Notes under the pieces: model-generated
Told to the model about the DNA's origin: nothing
What the model saw: the letters and a program-made list of their open reading frames with translations, nothing else
Database searches by the model: none
Origin: a virus
Reading direction: 5' to 3' (one strand)
Length of the DNA stretch: 64,000 bases
IMG/VR virus record: IMGVR_UViG_3300027969_003137
Location: 1 to 64,000 of that record
Shown here: piece after piece, positions 39,040-48,455 of the stretch
Position numbering within the stretch: position 1 is the first letter of the stretch
Layout: each line of letters begins with the position of its first letter
Position numbers and translations under genes: made by a program

Positions 39040-39600
39040 ATGGCACTACATTTCATCAAATACCTACACGAAGATACTGATACCAGAGAGATAGTTCAAA
39101 ACAAGTTGAGTTTTGGCAAAGAAGAGCTTGATCCTGTTATGAGTAAAGCTACTCTAGACTATCACTTTTCTGGGCTAGCTGCCAAGTACGTTGAAAGATA
39201 CAATGCAGGTGAAGGCGATGCTAAGTTTAATTATGGCGGTGCAATGCTGCATAATTTTTACTTTGGAAATCTAACTCCTCCTAGGGCTGCTAATAAGCCC
39301 ACGGAAATGTCGGGTAAACTGATTAACGATGTCTATGGCAGCTTTGATGCATTTAAAGAAGCTGTTGAAAAAGAAGCTATGGCTATTCAAGGTTCAGGTT
39401 GGGTGTATATGGACGTTGCGGGTAAACTGCATACCATACACAATCACGAATATGCTAAAGGAATGAAAATTGCTCTGTTAATAGATTGGTGGGAACATGC
39501 ATGGGCACTGGACTACCAACAGGACAAGGCCAAATACCTTTCAAATATTTGGCGTATCATCGACTGGTCTGTCGTGAACGACCGCTTAATAGGAGAATAA
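39040..39600 (+). CDS. Fe/Mn superoxide dismutase
   Basis: LDYH, LHNFYF, QGSGW, DWWEHAWALDY. Confidence 0.88.
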   Translation: MALHFIKYLHEDTDTREIVQNKLSFGKEELDPVMSKATLDYHFSGLAAKYVERYNAGEGDAKFNYGGAMLHNFYFGNLTPPRAANKPTEMSGKLINDVYGSFDAFKEAVEKEAMAIQGSGWVYMDVAGKLHTIHNHEYAKGMKIALLIDWWEHAWALDYQQDKAKYLSNIWRIIDWSVVNDRLIGE

Positions 39601-39601
39601 C

Positions 39602-39715
39602 ATGTTAGAAACATTATTTTGGTTAGCACTAGGTGCAGTTATTGGTTGGAATTTTCCGCAACCGGAATTTGCAAAAACCATACAAGCTAAGATCGTATCA
39701 GCATTCAAGAAGTAA
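39602..39715 (+). CDS. Small membrane protein (37 aa), absent from the ORF track
   Basis: AGGAG SD; MLETLFWLALGAVIGWNFPQPEFAK... Confidence 0.7.
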   Translation: MLETLFWLALGAVIGWNFPQPEFAKTIQAKIVSAFKK

Positions 39716-39771
39716 ACAAAACCCACGCCGTAGGCGTTGTATATAATATAAACACTCTAAAGGAGAATGTT

Positions 39772-40068
39772 ATGAAGAAGCTAGTTATAGCATTGTTAAT
39801 TGCAGGTGCAGGTGTTACATCGGCACACGCAGACGGGTATCGTCATCACGGTGGACATTATCGTGGAGGAAACGGTTGGGGTTGGGTAGCACCGTTAGCT
39901 ATTGGGGGAGTTATTGGTTATGAACTTAACCGCCCCCGATACTACGACCCGCCAGTGATTGTACAGCAACCAATCTACTCGGTAACCACATCTCAAAACT
40001 GCACAGTTTGGACTGAAACCCAATATGCAGATGGTACCATAACACGTACTAGGACTTGTACACAATAA
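39772..40068 (+). CDS. Secreted Gly/His-rich protein with glycine-zipper-like segment
   Basis: Signal peptide (SAHA); WVAPLAIGGVIG. Confidence 0.75.
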   Translation: MKKLVIALLIAGAGVTSAHADGYRHHGGHYRGGNGWGWVAPLAIGGVIGYELNRPRYYDPPVIVQQPIYSVTTSQNCTVWTETQYADGTITRTRTCTQ

Positions 40069-40069
40069 T

Positions 40070-40456
40070 ATGGCATACTCAGATAAAGTAATCGATCATT
40101 ATGAAAATCCCAGGAATGTCGGATCTTTTGATAAGAGCGATCCAAGCGTAGGCACCGGTATGGTTGGTGCCCCTGCTTGTGGTGATGTAATGAAATTACA
40201 AATAAAGGTGGATCATGATACAGGTATTATTACAGATGCAAAATTTAAAACGTATGGCTGCGGATCGGCTATCGCGAGTTCGAGTCTCATTACAGAGTGG
40301 GTCAAAGGCATGCACCTCGACCAAGCCGGAGCAATCAAAAACTCCGACATCGCCGAAGAACTAGCCCTACCTCCAGTTAAGATACATTGTAGCATATTGG
40401 CCGAGGATGCTATTAAAGCAGCCGTTGATGATTACCGTAACCGACACAGCCAGTAA
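40070..40456 (+). CDS. iscU: Fe-S cluster scaffold
   Basis: DHYENPRNVG, APACGD, GCGSAIAS, LPPVKIHCS. Confidence 0.96.
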   Translation: MAYSDKVIDHYENPRNVGSFDKSDPSVGTGMVGAPACGDVMKLQIKVDHDTGIITDAKFKTYGCGSAIASSSLITEWVKGMHLDQAGAIKNSDIAEELALPPVKIHCSILAEDAIKAAVDDYRNRHSQ

Positions 40457-40754
40457 ACGAATTAAACAAAATTTGGCAAAACGTGGCCATGGTGTTGGTA
40501 TTCGTATAGGTGTAAGAACTACAGGCTGTAGTGGTCTAGCATACACCATGGAATATGTGGATGAATACACCGCAGAAGTGGGAGTGACTAATTTTGCACA
40601 CGACGGGTTTGTTGTATTAGTAGATGCCAAAAGTCTGGCTTATTTAAACGGGTTGACCATGGATTGGATTCGCAATGGACTCAATGAAGGATTCGATTTT
40701 ATCAATCCCAACGAGCGCGATCGTTGCGGGTGCGGCGAAAGTTTTAGAGTTTAA
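40428..40754 (+). CDS. iscA: Fe-S cluster A-type carrier
   Basis: TTGCSGLAY, CGCGESF. Confidence 0.93.
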   Translation: MITVTDTASKRIKQNLAKRGHGVGIRIGVRTTGCSGLAYTMEYVDEYTAEVGVTNFAHDGFVVLVDAKSLAYLNGLTMDWIRNGLNEGFDFINPNERDRCGCGESFRV

Positions 40755-41038
40755 TATTTGCCTACAGGCAGTTCAGTGCTGGCCGGCATATCCCAAATCT
40801 GCTTGCGTTCAACACCCTTACGCTGAGCAAATTTCTTGGCATCACAACTAGAGCAGACATGAAAGTAGTTGTTGCTCAAACGCTTGTGATCCATATGTTT
40901 TAGATCCCTAGTAAAAGTTTCATCGCAATTATCGCAACGGAAGACTGCAACGGTCTTTTTACGAACGTATTCATGCGGTGTTCCCAATTTACTGAGTCTA
41001 ACATGTTGAGTTTGTTGGGTTTCTTTTTTTAAGAACAT
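40751..41038 (-). CDS. Zn-ribbon hypothetical protein
   Basis: CDNC...CSSC; minus-strand TAAATA at 41043-41048. Confidence 0.7.
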   Translation of the reverse strand: MFLKKETQQTQHVRLSKLGTPHEYVRKKTVAVFRCDNCDETFTRDLKHMDHKRLSNNYFHVCSSCDAKKFAQRKGVERKQIWDMPASTELPVGKY

Positions 41039-41108
41039 CACGTATTTACATTCGGCTTATAAAACTTTGGGCTAAATAGTAGAGCAACCATACATCTTAG
41101 GATCTACC

Positions 41109-44100
41109 ATGGCAAGAAAAATTATTGATACCGGCGTTGTAGGCAACGACGGCACTGGCGACAGTATACGAGACTCATTCCGTAAGGTAAATGACAACTT
41201 TAGAGAACTTTACAGTTCGTTAGGTTTAGGTGAGAAGCTTACTTTTAAAAATCTAGACGATACTCCTAGCAGTTATCTTGGGCAAGAAAACGCATTACTT
41301 GCCGTTAATAATACCGAGACAGGAGTTGTTTTTAAACAGTTAACTCCGGGCTCTGGTATCAGTTTAGATTTTACTACCAACATAAACGAAATTAGAGTTA
41401 GCTCTGAGTTTTCGGAAGTTGTTGGAGATTCTAGTCCTCAACTAGGCGGAAATCTAAGTGCAAGATCTGGAGGACTACAATATAGAATTTTAGATCTAGG
41501 AACTAACGCACTTCCTATCACCCCACTATACGAACACGAAGCTGTTAATAAACGATATGCCGATAGCAAAATTGCTAGAGCAGGTGTTGATACAGTAGAT
41601 CCTAGAACTGGGTTAACTAACAGTTCGTTTGGTAGAATGAGCGGACCTCTTATACTTTCTAGAGATCCTGAACCAGAAGACGATGATATTTATGGCGGAT
41701 TAATTGCTGCAACTAAAAGATATGTAGACAATTCAGCTTTTGGCAGTTCAGTAAACTTGTATGTTGCAACTTCTGGTCAAGATGATAGAGTTGGGGTTAG
41801 TGCTGCTCTACAAGGTCGTGCATTGGCCTATGCCTATCGCACGTTGGAAGCTGCGCTTAAACGGGCAGAGGAAATAGTATTAGAAGCCAGAAACGAAATT
41901 GGTCCTTACAAAAAAACATTAACTTATAATAATGGTGCAGCAGAATGTACCTTGGATGACATAACAGACGCTCCCGCCAGTGGTTCTGGGTTTAGCGGAT
42001 CACCGTTAATGAGTGTGGATTCAGTAGTTGTTAATAATGTTGGTGTGAACTATAGACCAGGTGATATACTGACTGTTGTCGGTGGAGCATTTGTTCAGCC
42101 AGCTAGAATTGAAATATTATCAACCACTGAAGCGGGCGGTGCATTAACATTTAGAATATTATCTACTGGTGTTTACAGCAGTTTACCTCCTACCAACACC
42201 AATGTGGCCACTACTGATGACAGTGCTAACGGACAACTTGCCACACTGAATCTAACCTATAGAGTCAACAATGTTGTGGTAAATGCTGGTGGAAGTGGCT
42301 ACGGACTTGTATCTGTTAGAATTTCAGGTGGTGGCGGGTCAGGTGCATTTGGAACTGCTGATGTCCTTAGCGGCATTGTTCAAAGTATTACCATAACTGA
42401 CCAAGGTTCTGGTTTTACCAGCTTACCTGTGGTATCAGTGTCTCTTCCAAGATTCTTAATTAATACTGACGGATACCGAACAGACTTTACAGGTGATGTG
42501 ACCACATCAACTCCAAGTGCTGTTAGAAGCAGAGACATTCGAGAAGGTCTGTATCTTCGAGGTGAATCATCAGGTGCACTGGCACAGATACTATCTCACC
42601 AAGGTGCATTAGATAGCCTCGGCAACGAAATTTTTGATGTGGATCTAAAGTACGGAACTTTTGTGATTGGCGAAGTAATATCTTACGGCGACGTTGCAAA
42701 AAATATTCAAATTAGTATATTAGTAGAAACTGGTGTCTACGAAGAAAATTTACCCTTAAGACTTCCCAACAACGTGTCTATTATTGGTGACGAATTTAGA
42801 CGTTGTATTATTAGACCCAAGCCAGGCATAAGTTCAAGTCCTTGGGCGTTTTTGCATTTTAGAAGAGACCTATCAGTGGGTGTTGCTGGCACTGACTTGA
42901 TAACACTAACTGATAGACTGTTTGGATATCACTATCTCCAAGACACATCACAGCCCATTTATCCTCTAGTTAACAATCGAGGCTTTTATAGATCAGCTGC
43001 ACAGCTCCTACAATTAAATCGTGTGTTCATACAAAAAGAAGTAGTGGGCTGGATAGCTGATCAAGTGGCAGAAGAAATTTCTCCGTTCACTGCTGCTTTC
43101 TTGTACAACAGCGAAACTTGTGAAAGGGATGTAGGACTTATTATTGACTCTATGATATTTGATTTGAAGTGGGGCGGCTCAAATAGAACCATATCATCGG
43201 CACTTAAATATTATGGCAATGCCAGCGGATTAATTGCAATCAATGCTCAACTATCACAGACTATTGCGGCTATTCGACGACTGGGCACACTTGCTCAACT
43301 GGTTATTCGAAATGTAGAAATCCAAGAACTTTATCAAGATGCCTATCCTCAAATCATAGACGGTGCCTATATTGCTGAAGTTGGTACTACCGGAACATCA
43401 TTTAATATTACCGGAGTCACTAACGCCAACCCAATTGCAATTACTACCGCTACTGCTCACGGACTAGCTTCAGGCAACCAAATTTTAATTAGTGGAGTAG
43501 GTGGTACCACACAAATCAATGGCAACGACTATTATGTCACTGTTATAAATGCAACATCATTTTACATATACAGTGATGCTGCAAGAACAATTTCAGTTAG
43601 CGGTGTAACCTATGGAACATATACATCCGGCGGTAGTGCCGTTAGTATTGGCGGAGTGGTAGGTGCATTAATTAATGTTGTTATTGATGTCATTGATAAT
43701 TCAGGAAGTGTTAACTATCCTAAAAATAACGACGAGATGGACGTTATATTGTGTAATGACGCTGTACGTATACAGTCAATCACATTCCAAGGGCATGGCG
43801 GATTTGCCATGGTACTTGATCCAGAGGGCCAGATCCTTGCCAAATCTCCATACGCTCAAGAGTGTGCGTCGTTCTCAAAGGGAACTGGGGCTCAGACGTT
43901 TGCAGGCGGCCAATACATTGACGGCTTTACCGGCAACTTAAAATTTAAAATTCTAAGTAAAGATTCAAATACGTTCTTGCGTGTGGGCGAGTTGAAGCGC
44001 ATACCTCAACTGCCTGCTTCTTTTATTGTTGAAGACACAGTATATAGAATTAACTATGTTAGAGACTACACATTTAACACAGCAGGTTCTACAGCGTCAT

Positions 44101-47100
44101 TTGTTCTAGATGAAACGACTCCTTGGCCGTTTGATTTATTCACCTACAACGAAGCTATCTGCTCTAGAGACGTTGGCCTAATTTTAAATGGCGTTGGCTA
44201 TGACGTTGTGTTTGGCACTAATTATCATTCTAGACGATCTGGTTTGACCTATAGACTGGCAGCTGCCAGCGTGGTCATCGAAGATCAATTAGATTTAACT
44301 GTTCGAGCAATAGAAGAAGCGCACACACTGGCATCTAATTATTTGACATTGTATCCTACTGCGCAGTCAATTGTCGAGACCAGTAAAGTCAATATTGCCA
44401 ATATTGTTAGAAATGGTAGTACATTTGCAGCGGCTTTATCGTTTACAAATCCTCCTGGGCTAGCAGCTAATAGAGTCAACGCCAGTTCATTACTGCAAGC
44501 AAACATTCAATTTATCAAAGATGAGACTGTTGGATACCTAGCCTCTACCTACCCCTCACTGTCATTTAATCAAACAACCTGCGCTCGAGATGTTGAGTAC
44601 CTTGTTGAATCATTGATATATGATATTTTGTATGGTGGTAATAGTGAAACTAGAAAAGCAGGTATCAAATATTGGGATGGAGTAGGATCTGCGGCTGTAT
44701 TGCAAGTTCCTGTAGGACAACAAGCACAAACTGCCGACGGCATTAACTATGCCAAATATCTAGCCAAGCAGGTCATTGTTAGTCTAGCTCCTACTATCTC
44801 ATACACAGCTACTCCAAGAGTGGGTGGCTCTGCAAGCGATGGTGCCATTCAATCTGTAATCGAAACATTGTTAACTAATGTTGCAGCCATTGTGACCAGC
44901 GGTGTAGGATCTGCTACTGCTGAAACATTGCCTAACCTGGGGGCATACGCATATGCTGGGACTGCTATAACTGCACGTACAATAATTAACACAAATAAAA
45001 CTGCCATTCAAGCGGCAGTAATTACTTTTGTAAATGAAAATGCCAATGCCTACGAAGTACTGATGCCTGGTAATAGATCGATGTTGTCCAACGACTACAC
45101 GCAGATCAATGACCTAGGTTATGGTATTGTGGTCAACAACGGTGGATTAGCAGAATGTGTGAGTATGTTTACCTACTACTGCCATATCTCATATTACTCG
45201 ATTGGCGGTGGACAGATTCGATCAATTGGCGGATCAAGTGCTCACGGTAATTTTGCACTAGTTGCTGAAGGTAGCGATCCTCTAGAAGTTCCAACTCCTG
45301 TGTCAACATATTACGATCTTGCTCAAGGAGCAAGATGTTATTTCCCTTCAGGATCATATGCCAACGTAGCAGGCGGGCTATCAATATATGTTACTAACTA
45401 TACATATCCGCCGTCACCAAATTCAGAATTAGAAGTCGACCACGGTCTTGGAACTATATTTAGATATCCAATTACTGGAGTATCTACTGATGATTCGTTG
45501 CCTGCTGGAGTGGCAAGACTAAGTCTACGAAGTTCCGAAGGTGCAGGCATCACCGGTCTTGCAGCCGTAATTGCCAACACCACTATATTAACCATTAGAC
45601 AAAACTCCACAGTGGTTCTAACTGGCAATGCCGTGGACGTTGCTGTTCGACCAAGTACTGGACTAGTGCTTGCTGAGTCCCCTGAAGTATATCGAGTGCT
45701 ACAATTTGAAGCATATGCCGACCCTGTGGGTGCTAGAACTATTACTATTGCCCTAGGTACTCCTGGAATTATAACCAGAGCATCTCATGGTCTTCAACCA
45801 GGATATCAAATTGTTATTACCACAACTGGTGCATTGCCTACAGGATTAACAGCAGGTATAGTTTATTATGTACAGTCAGACGGCTTCACTGCAAATAGTT
45901 TTAGACTAGCTACAACAAAACGTGGTGTTGCTATTAATGCAACCGGCAGTCAAAGTGGGACCCATTCCTACACAGTATTTGGTCTTGCGCAGACCACACT
46001 GAGAGAAAATTACAACTATATCGATATATCATTATATCCAGAGCAACCATTTGTGACTGCTCCAAGGGTGTGTACAATTTCCATTGCTAATCCTGCGGTA
46101 GTTACATTAACCAGTCACGGATTTAGTGCAAACAATGTTGTTAGATTTACCACAACTGGTGCATTGCCTAGCGGAATTTCACTTACTAGACTGTATTTTG
46201 TTAAAACGGTATTAGATGCAAATACATTTACCATAACAGATATTGCAACCAGCTCGTCATTACCATTAGAGTGTACGGGAATTCAATATGGTGTCCAACG
46301 TGTAGGTCTAGTAATAGGTCGTGCAGGAGATAGTACTGTTGCCATTGTGCCAATCAGCGGTGCAGAAGAGAATCGAGTCCTTGGTACCAAGATTGTGTAC
46401 AAAGGTGTAGAGTACACCGTGCAGGCCTATCAGAATGAAACAACAACTGGAGATAATTATGGATTGATAACTGTCAGCCCTGCGTTATCAAACTCTTTGA
46501 TTTATTTTACAAGTCTGCCAACTCTTAAATCTGCGGTACCAAAAGACGAACCAGGCACACTCACAATTAGGATTTCTTTAACTCGTGTGACTTCACATGA
46601 TCTATTAGAAATTGGTACTGGCTCTTATGCCGATACAAATTATCCAAACGAAATTTATGGTCCGGCAGTTAACGCACTAGATCCAGATTCTGAAACTCAA
46701 GAGCGTAGTGTAGGTCGAGTTTTCTATGTGACCACTGACCAATTTGGTAATTTCTCTGTTGGTCCATACTTCCGTGTTGACCAAGGTACTGGTAGTGTGA
46801 CTTTTGCGGCGTCAATTGCGCTGTCGAATCTAGACGGTATTGGTTTTAAACGAGGTGTTCCAGTAAGTGAATTTTCAACTGACAGTTCGTTCAGTGACAA
46901 CGCCACTGACACAGTACCGACAGAAAATGCTGCAAGAGGCTATATCGAACGTAGATTAGGAATCAGCCATACTGGTGCTGTATTGCCCTTGGGCACATTG
47001 ATCCCGGCATTCAGTGGCGGGTATATGGCTCTTGACGGCCAATTGGCCATGAAGTCCGATATGGATCTAGGCAATTTTAAAATTAGGAATGTGGCGGATC

Positions 47101-48455
47101 CAGTAAATCCAACCGATGCCCTCAATCTTAGAAGTTTAACTCTCAACAACTTAGTTGACTTTCAAGCCACTAATCCGCGAAGTGGTGACATTTTAACATT
47201 TACTGGTGCAGGGACATTTGCGCAGAACTCTGCGGTGGTAGGAGATATTAGCCTTAATATTGATTCTACTGCCAACACAGTTGATATTCAGATTAATCCA
47301 GGTGTAATTATTGATGCCGATATTAACAATGCTGCTAATATTGTTCAAAGTAAATTGCTGTTATCATCTGCTACAACTAGAGCAAATGCCGCTGGCATAA
47401 CACAGGCAGAAAAAGGCATATCCAGTTTTGATAATGCGCAGTTTGATGTCACTGACGGGTGGGTCACACTAAAAGACAACGGTGTTAATTTAACAGACCT
47501 TCCACAGATTGCAACTAAAACAGTGCTAGGCAATTCAACTCTGGCAACTGCTAACGTATCAGCTGTGCTGTTCAGCACAGTAGTCAATGACGGTGGCGCC
47601 ATTAAGAAATCACAGTACAATGGCGGAACTGGCTATCTAAGAAGAATTGGTTTTACTTCTACTAATGACGCTGACTATGCTATTGTAGACGAATCTACCA
47701 GCGTTGCTGCAAGCACATTGGTCAAGCGTGATGTCAACGGCGACTTTGCTGGTAGATTCGTCAGCATAGACAAACTCATTGTTGACACAAAAACCATTCT
47801 TGATACTACAACAACCTCAACAGGTGGATATACTCAGCTGTATGGATTTTCAAATAACGTTGGTATTTTAATTGGTGACGGAACTACCTTGCCTGATCGT
47901 AGAACATTCTACGACAACGACTCACATACGTTTAGAACATACAATGGTCTGAGTAATGCTCCTATAACTGTAGGATCAATTACTACTCCAGTACTCACTA
48001 CAGGTGCTGTTAGCTCTGGTGGTACAATAACTGGTCTTTGGGGGCTAAGTTCTGGTAGTAGATTAACAGCTACCTATGCAGACTTAGCTGAATACTACGA
48101 AGGCGATCGTGAATATGCAGTTGGAACTGTGTTAATATTTGGTGGAGATAAAGAAGTCACTATGTCGTCAACGTACGGGGATCATAAAGTTGTTGGCGTG
48201 GTCAGTGATACTGCTGCATATATTATGAATGAACAATGCGCCGGCACAAAAAATCTAGTAGCATTACAAGGTCGTGTGCCCTGTAAGGTAGTAGGAAAAA
48301 TTAACAAAGGCGATTTAATAGTAACATCCAATATTCCAGGTGTTGGTATATCAGCAGGAGGCAATGCCAAAACTGGTACCGTTATTGGTAAGGCAATAGC
48401 AGATTACAACTCAGATCACATTGGCACTATTGAAGTTGCCGTAGGAAGAACATAA
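41109..48455 (+). CDS. Giant virion (baseplate/fibre) protein, 2448 aa
   Basis: NDGTGDSIR..F.KVN.NF N-terminus (T4 gp9/10-like), beta-helix-like segments, three HG-containing beta repeats, three CxRD helical repeats, ADLAEYY...GRVPCKV C-terminal chaperone-like domain. Confidence 0.8.
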   Translation: MARKIIDTGVVGNDGTGDSIRDSFRKVNDNFRELYSSLGLGEKLTFKNLDDTPSSYLGQENALLAVNNTETGVVFKQLTPGSGISLDFTTNINEIRVSSEFSEVVGDSSPQLGGNLSARSGGLQYRILDLGTNALPITPLYEHEAVNKRYADSKIARAGVDTVDPRTGLTNSSFGRMSGPLILSRDPEPEDDDIYGGLIAATKRYVDNSAFGSSVNLYVATSGQDDRVGVSAALQGRALAYAYRTLEAALKRAEEIVLEARNEIGPYKKTLTYNNGAAECTLDDITDAPASGSGFSGSPLMSVDSVVVNNVGVNYRPGDILTVVGGAFVQPARIEILSTTEAGGALTFRILSTGVYSSLPPTNTNVATTDDSANGQLATLNLTYRVNNVVVNAGGSGYGLVSVRISGGGGSGAFGTADVLSGIVQSITITDQGSGFTSLPVVSVSLPRFLINTDGYRTDFTGDVTTSTPSAVRSRDIREGLYLRGESSGALAQILSHQGALDSLGNEIFDVDLKYGTFVIGEVISYGDVAKNIQISILVETGVYEENLPLRLPNNVSIIGDEFRRCIIRPKPGISSSPWAFLHFRRDLSVGVAGTDLITLTDRLFGYHYLQDTSQPIYPLVNNRGFYRSAAQLLQLNRVFIQKEVVGWIADQVAEEISPFTAAFLYNSETCERDVGLIIDSMIFDLKWGGSNRTISSALKYYGNASGLIAINAQLSQTIAAIRRLGTLAQLVIRNVEIQELYQDAYPQIIDGAYIAEVGTTGTSFNITGVTNANPIAITTATAHGLASGNQILISGVGGTTQINGNDYYVTVINATSFYIYSDAARTISVSGVTYGTYTSGGSAVSIGGVVGALINVVIDVIDNSGSVNYPKNNDEMDVILCNDAVRIQSITFQGHGGFAMVLDPEGQILAKSPYAQECASFSKGTGAQTFAGGQYIDGFTGNLKFKILSKDSNTFLRVGELKRIPQLPASFIVEDTVYRINYVRDYTFNTAGSTASFVLDETTPWPFDLFTYNEAICSRDVGLILNGVGYDVVFGTNYHSRRSGLTYRLAAASVVIEDQLDLTVRAIEEAHTLASNYLTLYPTAQSIVETSKVNIANIVRNGSTFAAALSFTNPPGLAANRVNASSLLQANIQFIKDETVGYLASTYPSLSFNQTTCARDVEYLVESLIYDILYGGNSETRKAGIKYWDGVGSAAVLQVPVGQQAQTADGINYAKYLAKQVIVSLAPTISYTATPRVGGSASDGAIQSVIETLLTNVAAIVTSGVGSATAETLPNLGAYAYAGTAITARTIINTNKTAIQAAVITFVNENANAYEVLMPGNRSMLSNDYTQINDLGYGIVVNNGGLAECVSMFTYYCHISYYSIGGGQIRSIGGSSAHGNFALVAEGSDPLEVPTPVSTYYDLAQGARCYFPSGSYANVAGGLSIYVTNYTYPPSPNSELEVDHGLGTIFRYPITGVSTDDSLPAGVARLSLRSSEGAGITGLAAVIANTTILTIRQNSTVVLTGNAVDVAVRPSTGLVLAESPEVYRVLQFEAYADPVGARTITIALGTPGIITRASHGLQPGYQIVITTTGALPTGLTAGIVYYVQSDGFTANSFRLATTKRGVAINATGSQSGTHSYTVFGLAQTTLRENYNYIDISLYPEQPFVTAPRVCTISIANPAVVTLTSHGFSANNVVRFTTTGALPSGISLTRLYFVKTVLDANTFTITDIATSSSLPLECTGIQYGVQRVGLVIGRAGDSTVAIVPISGAEENRVLGTKIVYKGVEYTVQAYQNETTTGDNYGLITVSPALSNSLIYFTSLPTLKSAVPKDEPGTLTIRISLTRVTSHDLLEIGTGSYADTNYPNEIYGPAVNALDPDSETQERSVGRVFYVTTDQFGNFSVGPYFRVDQGTGSVTFAASIALSNLDGIGFKRGVPVSEFSTDSSFSDNATDTVPTENAARGYIERRLGISHTGAVLPLGTLIPAFSGGYMALDGQLAMKSDMDLGNFKIRNVADPVNPTDALNLRSLTLNNLVDFQATNPRSGDILTFTGAGTFAQNSAVVGDISLNIDSTANTVDIQINPGVIIDADINNAANIVQSKLLLSSATTRANAAGITQAEKGISSFDNAQFDVTDGWVTLKDNGVNLTDLPQIATKTVLGNSTLATANVSAVLFSTVVNDGGAIKKSQYNGGTGYLRRIGFTSTNDADYAIVDESTSVAASTLVKRDVNGDFAGRFVSIDKLIVDTKTILDTTTTSTGGYTQLYGFSNNVGILIGDGTTLPDRRTFYDNDSHTFRTYNGLSNAPITVGSITTPVLTTGAVSSGGTITGLWGLSSGSRLTATYADLAEYYEGDREYAVGTVLIFGGDKEVTMSSTYGDHKVVGVVSDTAAYIMNEQCAGTKNLVALQGRVPCKVVGKINKGDLIVTSNIPGVGISAGGNAKTGTVIGKAIADYNSDHIGTIEVAVGRT

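Noticed and set aside
17845-40754. Bacterial chromosome or prophage boundary
   Set aside because: Host-like genes are interspersed singly among phage genes with phage-type promoters; no integrase, att site or housekeeping operon seen
45817-46170. 24-bp direct repeat ttaccacaactggtgcattgccta as a recombination site
   Set aside because: Explained by the duplicated TTTGALP domain within the giant protein
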